From assembly GCA_963733095.1 (NCBI GenBank), contig CAVTBV010000003.1:1-64000 (forward strand): 64,000 nucleotides of DNA, read 5' to 3'. The notes under the pieces were generated by a model. The model was not told where the DNA came from, made no database searches, and saw only the letters and a program-made list of their open reading frames with translations. Below, piece by piece: positions 29,409 through 38,668 of this stretch. This stretch comes from Candidatus Bathyarchaeota archaeon. Its GTDB lineage: Archaea > Thermoproteota > Bathyarchaeia > Bathyarchaeales > Bathycorpusculaceae. The translations under genes were made by a program, and so were the position numbers. Position 1 is the stretch's first letter; each line of letters opens with the position of its first letter.

Positions 29409-29432
29409 CCCCTTCATTTTATTTTTTGTTTC
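29409..29432 (+). terminator. pyrimidine/oligo-T tract after tuf
   Basis: CCCCTTCATTTTATTTTTTGTTTC directly after the stop codon. Confidence 0.45.
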
Positions 29433-29890
29433 ATAATTTAAACTTCAACCTTTTAAAAAAATAATCTACAACTTTAGTGTGAACTGGATTAATGCATGGA
29501 TTTCACGTAAGAAACGACACAGTTTTGATCGGTTGTTGCTGTGTTGTTACTGTCACAAGTATTTTTATCGGTTGCAGGCATGTGGCTAAAGTAAGGTGCA
29601 AGCCTGTGGATTATCATAATGGAGCCACCTGTTTAATAAAAAGGGAAAACCCCCGAAGTGAAGAAAGATTGACGGTTGTATCTCTAAGAGACGTGCCCTT
29701 GAAAGTCAGACGAAAAGAAGCAAAAAAACCTCTATTCCTAACAAGGTATGAGTAAACAATTAGAACTTTCTTTTTTTGCATTCCTTATCTGTGAGCTTGA
29801 ATTTTGGATTTCAACTTGCTTTTAATTTGCCATAGGCAGGCGGAAGTAAAATAAACCCCAAGTTCTGGTTACCTATGCAGAGTTGACCTT

Positions 29891-30622
29891 ATGTCTGGTA
29901 CAGAAACGCTGGTTCCCTTCATCGGCGAAAAAAAGAAACCCGACGAGGAACCCACCATAATCGTTGACAGCCGCGAGGCAAGCAGCGCTGAAAAAATCGT
30001 TAAAGGCTTAGTCGAGAAGGGCGCAAGCGTAAAGACTGAAATGCTAGAAAAAGGCGACTACATCCTCAGTGACCAGTGTGCTGTAGAACGAAAAACCGTC
30101 AACGACTTTGTCTACACCCTAACAAGACGCTATCTCTTCGAGCAACTCTTCCGATTAAAAGATGTCTACCCAAAATCCCTCATCGTACTCGAAGGCTACA
30201 TGCCCATAGTGTTCAAGTACAGCAACATTTCGCCTGCATCGATTTGGGGCGCCATGTTTAACCTCGCCAAAAACGGCATAGCCATAGTCAGCACTTCTTC
30301 CTACAAAGAAACCGTAGATTTCCTCTACACAGCGGCAAAGCAAGAGCAAATTGTTGAGAAAAGAAGTGCCGTGGTACATGCCTTCAAAAAATGCGATACC
30401 CTTTCGGACGCTCAAGTATATTTTGTTGCAAGTTTACCTAGTATCGGACGTGAAAAAGCAACAGCCATCTTGGATTCTTACCAAACACCGCTTAACGCTT
30501 TGATTAACGTGGATGATTGGGCCAAAGCTGTGGATGGTCTTGGTCCAGTTATAACTAATCGGGTGAAGGATGTTTTGAGCACGCCCTATAAGGATAAGAA
30601 ATGTGAAGAGCCTCAGCCTTAA
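29891..30622 (+). CDS. xpf: ERCC4/XPF-family structure-specific nuclease (short form)
   Basis: IIVDSRE, GDYI, VERKT..DF, C-terminal HhH LPSIG/VDGLG. Confidence 0.9.
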   Translation: MSGTETLVPFIGEKKKPDEEPTIIVDSREASSAEKIVKGLVEKGASVKTEMLEKGDYILSDQCAVERKTVNDFVYTLTRRYLFEQLFRLKDVYPKSLIVLEGYMPIVFKYSNISPASIWGAMFNLAKNGIAIVSTSSYKETVDFLYTAAKQEQIVEKRSAVVHAFKKCDTLSDAQVYFVASLPSIGREKATAILDSYQTPLNALINVDDWAKAVDGLGPVITNRVKDVLSTPYKDKKCEEPQP

Positions 30623-30779
30623 CCAACCCTCTATGGTTTGCTGCAATAAGTTTCTAATAGTCTCTAAATATATCATTATTCTCCGCCACCATATTTTAAA
30701 GCAGACACCAAACCGTTAAAGTTTAAAGCCAAGCCAACATTAATGATAGAAACCACCCAACCAACAAAACCATTGCCGT

Positions 30780-30857
30780 GGGGCCGTCGGCTAGTTTGGT
30801 CTAGGCTTGTAGCCTCGGGCGCTATAGACCCCGGTTCAAATCCGGGCGGCCCCACCA
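30780..30857 (+). tRNA. tRNA-Pro(CGG)
   Basis: Acceptor GGGGCCG/CGGCCCC, anticodon arm GTAGC-CTCGGGC-GCTAT, T arm CCCGG-TTCAAAT-CCGGG, encoded ACCA; no intron. Confidence 0.97.
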
Positions 30858-31044
30858 AATTACCTTTAAATTTGCTTAAATTAGCGTTATTTTGAATATA
30901 AACTGGTGAATTCCCACTGATTAGATATTTTAAATGATTTTCAAAGGTTTTACTTAAGTTAAAGCCTAATTCTTTCGACTTTTCAACTAAATTCTTGTCA
31001 AGATACAACACAACATTACCTTTGGTGGTCATTTGCATTCGCAC
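30780..31044 (-). pseudogene. split (SSV-type) integrase N-terminal fragment with RHH-like domain, reading into the tRNA
   Basis: KGNVVLYLDKNLVEKSKELGFNLSKTFE (beta-helix-helix) continues in frame antisense through the tRNA 3' half (VGPPGFEPG). Confidence 0.65.
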
Positions 31045-31388
31045 CCGAGGGCAAGCGAGGGGAACTTATTGTTATAAATCTGTCTTATTATGAGGCGCTC
31101 ATTTCTTGATTGGTTAGTTTTCTAATTTTATAAAACAAGCAAGATTTTCTATTTTCTAATTTCTAAATAGTTATTAAAAATAATAGTATTTTCTAATATT
31201 ACTGTTAGTTTAGAAAATACAAATTAAAAAATTTAGTAGTCCCTCAGTTGGTCAATAATTGCTCAAACCAACGTAGAATACTTCGGATGGACTTAAAAAC
31301 TGTCACAATTGTATCGTGCACCTTAATTTTATAAAGGAATCAACTAATAGTCAATGGTGTAAACGAATGATTAGGGGAAAAATCTGAG

Positions 31389-32084
31389 ATGAAGTATGAA
31401 ATCAAGTACAAACCATCCTATGCACTGCTAGTAGTAAACCTTGACCGAGGCGAAACTATAACCGCGGAGTCAGGCGCAATGACTTACATGTCTCCATCCA
31501 TCGAACCACACACGAGGAAACGAGAAAAAAGCTTCTTGGGTAGTATAGGTCTCAAGCTCATTGGAGGACAGAGCTTCTGGGTTAATGACTACTATGCTGC
31601 TCAGGGTTCAGGTGAAGCAGCTTTCGTTGCAGCACCAGTCGGTGACATAGAAAAACTCGAGGTCAAACCTAACCAAGGATATATAATACAAAAATCCGCC
31701 TACATTGCTAGTACACAGGGTGTAGATTTAGATATAAAATGGGAAGGCTTCAGCAAAGGTCTCTTCGGACAAGGCTTGTTCATGATAAAAGCCACGGGTA
31801 ATGGGCAACTCTTCATCAACACCTTTGGTGCCATCGATACGCACACACTCGCTCCAGGGGAAACTCTTATCGTGGATAACTTCCATCTTGTTGCATTCAG
31901 TGAAACCTGTAGCTACAAGGTTACCAAATTCGGCGGAATGAAAGAAACTCTGTTGGGTGGAGAAGGCTTAGTGACTCAAATTACTGGACCGGGAGATGTA
32001 CACATCCAGACAAAGAACATGAAGGAATTTGTCGATTGGCTCTGGACACTACTAGAGCCGCGTGTACAAGCCAAAGCTCGCTAA
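31389..32084 (+). CDS. AIM24 family protein (TIGR00266-like)
   Basis: AESGAMTYMS, GGQSFWVN, FGQGLF, IVDNFHLVAF, GGEGLV..TGPG. Confidence 0.92.
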   Translation: MKYEIKYKPSYALLVVNLDRGETITAESGAMTYMSPSIEPHTRKREKSFLGSIGLKLIGGQSFWVNDYYAAQGSGEAAFVAAPVGDIEKLEVKPNQGYIIQKSAYIASTQGVDLDIKWEGFSKGLFGQGLFMIKATGNGQLFINTFGAIDTHTLAPGETLIVDNFHLVAFSETCSYKVTKFGGMKETLLGGEGLVTQITGPGDVHIQTKNMKEFVDWLWTLLEPRVQAKAR

Positions 32085-32507
32085 ACGTATTTTTTTTGTT
32101 TTCTATTTTCTTTTTAATTTTTTTTGTTTCTTCTTTAGCGTTGTGGCTCTCTCATTCTTCAGTTTAATTGTGTATTCTTGGAATGAATTCTTTCCTTTCT
32201 AAGATAATTACCCCAAATTGAAGTGTTATATTCATTTCCATTTTGTTAATTTTGCCCTTTACCTATTTTACCCAAGTTTTCTAAATTTCTAAATTCTATA
32301 TTCGCATATATTATGGGTTGGTTAATATGAAAAATTGTAGTAGAGTATAGAGTAGGTTGTGTAGTTCCATATATTATTAGTGCGCAAGGTATTGAGCGAT
32401 TGACAAAGACTGTATGTAAATCAGACGTCTAGATTTTCTAGTTTTTACTCTTCAGGCAAGCTCAAATATACATAAGCTCGATGGCAGTCCAAAAAGAGGT
32501 ATAAGAA

Positions 32508-32965
32508 ATGAGTGAAGATAATCAAAATCCAATAAAAATAGCGAGAAAGCTTGGAGCATACATTGGAGATAATCTTGGAGAAAAAGCATTGCAAGAGCTT
32601 GAACTAGCATTTGTTAATTCGATACTCTCAAGATTATCGGATAATCCATACATTCGAATGAGGCAACATTGTCTTTTTCACTGGGACCAGTCATACTTGA
32701 AATCAACACTCCTTGACAAATTTTATGATTGCTTACCAGACACTATCGAAAAATTGAATTTCACCACAAATCCCCTGAAGTACTGTTCGGAAGTATAACA
32801 GACGATAAGACAAATCCCAAAATGATAATTCCAGCCTTCACGGGAGTGAGTATAGCTAAAATAAATGAGCTTGCTACATTCGTTGTAGGCTCTAAGTGTC
32901 AAGAAATTGTAAACTTGTTAAACAAGTTTATGGAAGGTGTTATCGCAGGTGAAGAAGCGGCATGA
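32508..32965 (+). pseudogene. frameshifted, truncated AAA+/MCM-like ATPase remnant
   Basis: Overlapping ORFs 32508-32798 and 32729-32965 join near 32768; degenerate Walker A (QSYLKSTLL), SPEVLFGS, Walker B-like AKINEL, NLLNKFMEG. Confidence 0.5.
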
Positions 32966-33123
32966 CAATTATGGAACCTTTTAAGCAAAAACAGACTGAA
33001 TAGACCGTTGTGCATCTGTTTACCAACCTTAATTTTCTGGTGTTTGGATTAACTTCGTCAACTTCAAAAATGCTATTTAATGCCAAGGTTTTGCAGCAAT
33101 AAATTAGTGAGAGGTTAGGTTAC

Positions 33124-33501
33124 TTAGTTTTCCCATACAGATAAAATGGATGGTTTTAACAAATTGGTTGAAATGAAATAGCAGTCGCTGTCTAAGAGCA
33201 AACTTAGGTTATGTTGACTGACGAAATCTTTTATGTTTAAAAGGTCGTCGTTGTTGACTGCGCTTTGCTCAAAAGTTAAAACAATTCCATCTTTTAAGGT
33301 ATCAAGCATCTTAACGTCTAAACTGCAGGTAGCCCCAATTTCTCTCTTAAACACCATAGCCTCAAATATCTTCAATTTTTCTATCCCCATCCAAATTTCG
33401 CTGCTCACTACGCCAAAAATATCTGGACAGGTGAATGCAAACTTGGGTACAATGTAACTGTGGACTTGAGCTCTCTTAAGGCTTCGTGTTTTAGGTGCCA
33501 A
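33124..33501 (-). CDS. hypothetical protein
   Basis: 125-aa TTG ORF. Confidence 0.6.
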   Translation of the reverse strand: MAPKTRSLKRAQVHSYIVPKFAFTCPDIFGVVSSEIWMGIEKLKIFEAMVFKREIGATCSLDVKMLDTLKDGIVLTFEQSAVNNDDLLNIKDFVSQHNLSLLLDSDCYFISTNLLKPSILSVWEN

Positions 33502-33730
33502 AAAAGCGTTTGCTACTTAAACCACATTGAATAGAGGCTAAATCAAAAAAGGAAGGGAATATTGGCTTAAAAGAAAAGCCATCGTATTTAAAGACCTCGT
33601 GAAAAAAGTTACTGAAAACGCAAAAGTTACACCTACCACTTAACGTGTAGATGTTAAAGGAATTTGTGAATAAAGCGCTAAAACAAGTAAATCTGGGCAA
33701 TAATGTATCAATTACCTTAATTTGGTATTC

Positions 33731-34072
33731 TTAGAATACACCTATCAGTTTTACTACTGCAAAACCTATTGAAACGGCAGCAACCAAAAACATGATTTTT
33801 CCCTTAGACTTTGCCAAGCCACTATATTCACCCTCGCCCTGTTGGAACTCGTATTCCTTAATTTCTTTAGTCTTAGAATTTATTTGAACTTTAGTCGATA
33901 ACTTTTGAAACGTCATTTCGACAACATAGAGTTCTCCATCCAAAGAGACTTTCATTGGCAACCAGTTTCCTTTGTAACCTAACCGCTTTAGAAAGTCTGC
34001 TGTCAAATTCGTAGCATTTTCTGCATCGAACTGTGAAATCTCTGGTGAAACCTCTGGTTGATCTGTCGACAT
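33731..34072 (-). CDS. hypothetical protein with C-terminal TM anchor
   Basis: ATG after GGGATGA; alpha/beta domain plus hydrophobic C-terminus. Confidence 0.7.
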   Translation of the reverse strand: MSTDQPEVSPEISQFDAENATNLTADFLKRLGYKGNWLPMKVSLDGELYVVEMTFQKLSTKVQINSKTKEIKEYEFQQGEGEYSGLAKSKGKIMFLVAAVSIGFAVVKLIGVF

Positions 34073-34200
34073 TAATCATCCCACTGAAATAAGCAGTTCT
34101 ATATTTTAGGAGTTATGAAGCCAAAAACAATATTTTTAATCAACAGAAGCTTAGTGCAAAAATAAGTTAGTTTTTCCTAAAAATCAAGTGAGAAAAAAGG

Positions 34201-34419
34201 TTATGGTGGTGGTTGACTTGGCAGTTCAGGTTGAGTTTGATTAAAAAGATTGTCGGTTTGGTTTAGAATGCTGCTTTCTATGTTTCTTATTCTGTCAAGC
34301 TGAGGGATGTTCTGAGTGTTTAGAGTCTGCTGAATTACGCCTACCGCGTAGTCCACAACTACGCAGGAAAGAATAACGGTTGAAGCAACCAAAAGCAAAA
34401 CTGCAACTGTAGTCTCCAA
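34201..34419 (-). CDS. small pilin-like membrane protein
   Basis: TTG after AGGAG; pilin-like hydrophobic N-terminal helix ETTVAVLLLVASTVIL. Confidence 0.6.
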   Translation of the reverse strand: METTVAVLLLVASTVILSCVVVDYAVGVIQQTLNTQNIPQLDRIRNIESSILNQTDNLFNQTQPELPSQPPP

Positions 34420-34572
34420 GATTTCTCCTTCTCCAGTTGGACATTGTTGAAAAATTGTTTAATAGGTTGTTCTGATCTTGGAATATTGCAGTTTTAATAA
34501 TACGGACTAAAATAACCAAAAGAAAGGGAATTACTTAGAATCTTTGATCTGGTTACTGTTTTTATGGGACGC

Positions 34573-35076
34573 TTAAGGTGCAGCGGTTGGTGAGGCTGGA
34601 GCTGCAGTGGCGGCGGGCGCGGCTTCTGTTTTCTTCGATGCAGGCTGGTTTGAGGAAGAGTTTGATAGAATCTGTATCTTTTCCGCCATGGGGTGAAGCA
34701 AGTCAGGCGGTGGATATGGCGTGTTCAAGTTAGATGATAGTATGTAGATCGAGTTGAAGACATGTTGGTAGATGGTGAAGAGGACTTGAGGAATCTTGGT
34801 TTTCGGGTTAACTTCCAGTTTCTTCTTGATGTCATCAGGCTTTCCTGACATAGTTACTATGCCTGAAGTTGAATATTTAACGACGTTTGGCTTAGTAGAA
34901 ATTAATAATGCAAAAGAGAGAGTCACTTGGTTGTTCTCTTTTTTCTGCTCTTCAATCTTTGCATTTATGTCAAAGAACAACTCTTCTGCAGCGGAGTAGA
35001 TGCCGGTTCGTTCAGCCTGTAAACTGTTTAAACTTATGGAAACGACGACTCCGGAGACAGAATACTGTGGGTTTAC
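34573..35076 (-). CDS. hypothetical protein, possibly SecB-like fold
   Basis: Frame is open upstream of the called TTG (34980) to 35103; beta-strand pattern and PYPPP C-terminal motif; GTA at 35076 follows GAGAGGA. Confidence 0.65.
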   Translation of the reverse strand, partial: VNPQYSVSGVVVSISLNSLQAERTGIYSAAEELFFDINAKIEEQKKENNQVTLSFALLISTKPNVVKYSTSGIVTMSGKPDDIKKKLEVNPKTKIPQVLFTIYQHVFNSIYILSSNLNTPYPPPDLLHPMAEKIQILSNSSSNQPASKKTEAAPAATAAPASPTAAP

Positions 35077-35173
35077 GGGTAATTCCTCTCTATTTAATTT
35101 CTGCTATTTTCATATTTAACTCTTGTATTCTACTACTCCATTAAATCACCATAAAAACCGGTTATTTCGGGTT

Positions 35174-35746
35174 TTATGGGTTCTCTGAAGCGCTGTAGTA
35201 TGCAGGCACTGAAAGCTCTGCAATGAACTTGAACGATTCATCTCCTTTACCGTTTGCTTTTTGTTTTAGCACAATTTTTTTGGGGACATCCTCTTCTATG
35301 TAAACTATATAGTTGACTGTGGTTCCTAAACCAAGACGACCGAGCTGCTGTATGGTTCCCTTAAACTTCTCGAATTCTTGGACCTTGGCTTTAATTTTCT
35401 CCATAGCTTCAAACAGAATCTCAGTTTGACCTTGCTCAGTGAAAGAGATAGCTATGTCGCCTGACTGAATCCAACAAGCAGTCTCTTCTTTGCCTTTTGC
35501 TCCTTTGCCGCCTTTCTTTGACTTATCTGCCTCTGCTGGCTTTTTTGACTGTGCCTTGAGGGTTTTTTGGAGAGCGGCAGATTTTTGGAACCACTCTTCA
35601 CTTTTGTGATTGGTCTCGGCATCTCTCAGCACTGTGCCCAGCCATTGGCTGTAATCTTCGAAAAGTGCTTTGTATTGGCCTGATTGAACTGCCAAATACT
35701 CGGATAACTCTTTTAGCGATGAAAACGTGTGTATTTCTGTGCCCAA
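35174..35746 (-). CDS. hypothetical coiled-coil protein
   Basis: 190-aa TTG ORF after GGAG; two long helices around a Lys-rich linker. Confidence 0.75.
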   Translation of the reverse strand: MGTEIHTFSSLKELSEYLAVQSGQYKALFEDYSQWLGTVLRDAETNHKSEEWFQKSAALQKTLKAQSKKPAEADKSKKGGKGAKGKEETACWIQSGDIAISFTEQGQTEILFEAMEKIKAKVQEFEKFKGTIQQLGRLGLGTTVNYIVYIEEDVPKKIVLKQKANGKGDESFKFIAELSVPAYYSASENP

Positions 35747-35903
35747 TTTTTTCGCTCCGTAACAATTCTTTTTCGTAAGTATGAAGTTAAGATGGATACA
35801 ATGACTCCGTTTTTGGATAATAGGGTTTGTCTATCGCAGAAATTACATACTCTTTACTCTGACCCAAGACGACCTCCCTTGCGCCAAAACAGCTCTGCCT
35901 TTG

Positions 35904-36971
35904 TCAACTCTTAGCTTTCTCATAAGCGTTAGAAATTGCTTCGCTCGTCAAAACACCCACTATCTTGGTCGGTGTTTCCTTATCTACTACGGGAATCAGG
36001 TCAATTCTTTGGCGGGTCATAATCTTGTTGACTTCAAGAATTGACTCATCCTCATGGATGGAGATGTTTCTCAGCGGCATCTGCTCAACTCTAAGGACAC
36101 CTCGTTCCTCCAGCTTGACCTTCATAAGCTCATTCCACGTGATTACACCTATGAAAACGCCATCTTTTTCTACTAAGGCGTCGTGGTATCGGTTGTTGAA
36201 CATCACTTCTATAGCTTCAGCGAGGCTTTGCTGGGGATTCACGGATCCAAATTCGGATTGCATGACATCCTTAACCCGGACGCCCGCCAGGGTTGTAGAA
36301 ATAATTGTTTGTTCGGCTTCTTCACTGGCACCTATGTAAACAAAAATCCCTACCAAAATCAATAGGAAGTAGTTTGGAATCAAAAAGCCCACGACAACCA
36401 TTGCTATTCCGAATATTTTTCCTATGTAAACAGCGTATCTTGTTGCGTCTGAATATTTTAGGCGTTCAGCAAGCAAGGCCCTGAAGACTCTACCGCCGTC
36501 CATTGGAAAAGCTGGTATTAGATTGAAAGCGCCGAGAAGTATGTTTAGAATGGCGAGGTCAGTTAGGATGTTTCCTGTTATTGTTGTGAAGGTAGAGATA
36601 GACAGTGCTTGTGGCGAAATTATTAGGCTTACTCCTAAAAGGGCAACTCCCAAAACCAGACTTGTAAGCGGACCCGCAACTGCCATTCGCCACTCCTGCG
36701 AGGGGTTATCGGGGATTTCTTCAATCTCCGACACTCCGCCTATGGGGTAAAGTATGATTTTTCGAACTCTAATTCCATAATGTCTTGCTACGATGGAATG
36801 GGCAAGTTCATGGAAAACTACAAAAATGAATAGGAACAGAACAACAAAAAATGTGTAAAACTGCAGTGAAATCGAAGATAAAACTAAAACTGCAGCGATT
36901 AAGAGAATGAACGTGAAGTGCAGTTCGATTGGAATTCCCCAAGCGGAACCTATCTTAAAAGAATATTTCAT
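35904..36971 (-). CDS. site-2 protease (M50) with CBS domains
   Basis: HELAH, AVAGP, FNLIPAFPMDGGR, C-terminal CBS pair. Confidence 0.95.
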   Translation of the reverse strand: MKYSFKIGSAWGIPIELHFTFILLIAAVLVLSSISLQFYTFFVVLFLFIFVVFHELAHSIVARHYGIRVRKIILYPIGGVSEIEEIPDNPSQEWRMAVAGPLTSLVLGVALLGVSLIISPQALSISTFTTITGNILTDLAILNILLGAFNLIPAFPMDGGRVFRALLAERLKYSDATRYAVYIGKIFGIAMVVVGFLIPNYFLLILVGIFVYIGASEEAEQTIISTTLAGVRVKDVMQSEFGSVNPQQSLAEAIEVMFNNRYHDALVEKDGVFIGVITWNELMKVKLEERGVLRVEQMPLRNISIHEDESILEVNKIMTRQRIDLIPVVDKETPTKIVGVLTSEAISNAYEKAKS

Positions 36972-37165
36972 AACATAAAGTGAATAAAGTTGACTTTTTA
37001 AAGTTTCGACAACAAAAGTTCGGGATGCAACGGTTTGTTTTATAATTGGAAATGTCGTGTTTTCCATAAAATTATAATAGCAACAATAGTATATGCGCTG
37101 GATAGCTAACACTTACTCGATAGGAGCAAGGTTCAAAAAATCAGGGTGAAAATGGAGAGAGGTAC

Positions 37166-37663
37166 TTGAATAAGAAAGTTTTAGGTTTAGTTGTGGTAAT
37201 CATCGTTGTTTGCGCTTCAGTGGCTGTTTTGTTTGCCTCGTCTTTGTTGGCTCCAGCTCAGCAGCCCACGGGGGAACTGGATTTCACTGTCACGGGCTTA
37301 AGTGACTGCCTAAGATTCTTAAATAGCTCTGTTCCTGCAGTCTATGTGCCTTTTACGACTGCTGCAAACACTAATTGGCAGTTAACCATAAACTGCACTA
37401 AAATGTCAGGCGGCGTCAACGGCTACACCGATGTATACGTTTACAAGGGCTACTGGAACTGTGGAAGCAACTACACCTGCACATCAAGCGAACTATACCC
37501 AATCCTAAACAACATACAATGCACAGACCAACAAATACGCCTTGATAGTTCATTCACAGAAACCTATGGCGGGTCAACGCAGCAGAGCTACACCCTATTC
37601 TTTGTGTTTCCACCAGGCGGACAACAATCTACATTCCACGTTACATTAAAACAGGTGCAATAG
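37166..37663 (+). CDS. exported hypothetical protein
   Basis: N-terminal signal/TM, beta-rich Cys-containing domain. Confidence 0.75.
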   Translation: MNKKVLGLVVVIIVVCASVAVLFASSLLAPAQQPTGELDFTVTGLSDCLRFLNSSVPAVYVPFTTAANTNWQLTINCTKMSGGVNGYTDVYVYKGYWNCGSNYTCTSSELYPILNNIQCTDQQIRLDSSFTETYGGSTQQSYTLFFVFPPGGQQSTFHVTLKQVQ

Positions 37664-37723
37664 TGGAATACCTCTTATTCATACTCCAATAGGCTGAAAA
37701 CGATCTGCAATAGAGTTATATAA

Positions 37724-38119
37724 TTGCCTAAGTTAGTTTATTTGAGGATGTTTTTGTCAGAGTGTATTTGGAACAAACCCGTTTTAAGTTTTTACCGAGA
37801 AAATAATGAGCAGCCAGAAACCGAAGCTTTCGCTGTAATTAAAGCAAAAAAATTAGTTGTTTCAGCCACAGAAGATGGTGGCTTTAGCTTTAGCGGCAGG
37901 ATTGAAGATTTCTTTTGTTTAATGGGAGACTTAGACCAGGTTCAAGCTTGCAACAAGTATGTTGTGTGTTGGTTTGATGATTCAGTCGAAGATTTTTATG
38001 CTGGTTTTAGGCGGTTATCAGGAGTTGCTTTTCCCACGGCGCCAAATTACACTATGGACAAGCGGAATAAGCGAACCTACAATACGGCATTCCAAGCTAA
38101 ACATGCTAAACTAAAATAG
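37724..38119 (+). CDS. hypothetical protein
   Basis: 131-aa ORF with protein-like composition. Confidence 0.65.
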   Translation: MPKLVYLRMFLSECIWNKPVLSFYRENNEQPETEAFAVIKAKKLVVSATEDGGFSFSGRIEDFFCLMGDLDQVQACNKYVVCWFDDSVEDFYAGFRRLSGVAFPTAPNYTMDKRNKRTYNTAFQAKHAKLK

Positions 38120-38262
38120 TTAAATCCAAGTTTTAGCGCAAAATTCCCTCTTTGAATAAGGATTTTTATGTCCTAAGCGCCCGCTTTAACCTTGAATTTT
38201 TCAGATTTTTTAAACTCACTCTTAAATATAACTCCATAAACTACATTGGTAAGGTCATAGTC

Positions 38263-38664
38263 ATGGTTGAGCAAAAGTTACAGGTAACTTTGCTTACAGG
38301 TCGCACGATTGAGCAAGGTGTTGGCAAAGAGAAAGGTAAAACTTCAAAAGAATACTTTGATGCTTGTTCAATGTGCTACATGGATGCAGACGACATGAAG
38401 AAACTTGGCATAAAAAATAACACTAATATTTTGCTAACCACCCCTGACGGTTCAGTCGTTCTTAAAGCCGTAAAGTACCCTCGCTCTGCGACTCCTGGCT
38501 TAATTTACGTTCCTTATGGACCATGGGCAAACGCTGTATGCAGCAACAAAACCACCAGCATCGGCATGCCGTCTTTTAAGGGCACTCCCGCTGAAGTTGA
38601 ACCAGCACCTAATCTTCCCGTCCTAACCATAGAGGAACTCTTGAAAGAAGAATTTGGGAGATAA
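38263..38664 (+). CDS. fwdD: formylmethanofuran dehydrogenase subunit D
   Basis: LLTGRTIEQG, VPYGPWAN, GMPSFKG. Confidence 0.93.
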   Translation: MVEQKLQVTLLTGRTIEQGVGKEKGKTSKEYFDACSMCYMDADDMKKLGIKNNTNILLTTPDGSVVLKAVKYPRSATPGLIYVPYGPWANAVCSNKTTSIGMPSFKGTPAEVEPAPNLPVLTIEELLKEEFGR

Positions 38665-38668
38665 CAAA

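Larger units (their letters stand above)
30858..32990. mobile_element. decayed integrated element downstream of tRNA-Pro
   Basis: Int(N)-like ORF, very AT-rich spacers, AIM24 cargo gene, frameshifted AAA+ remnant; right boundary not defined and no attR seen. Confidence 0.5.

Noticed and set aside
29492-29755. 87-aa ORF between tuf and xpf
   Set aside because: No RBS or motif; probably a spurious intergenic ORF.
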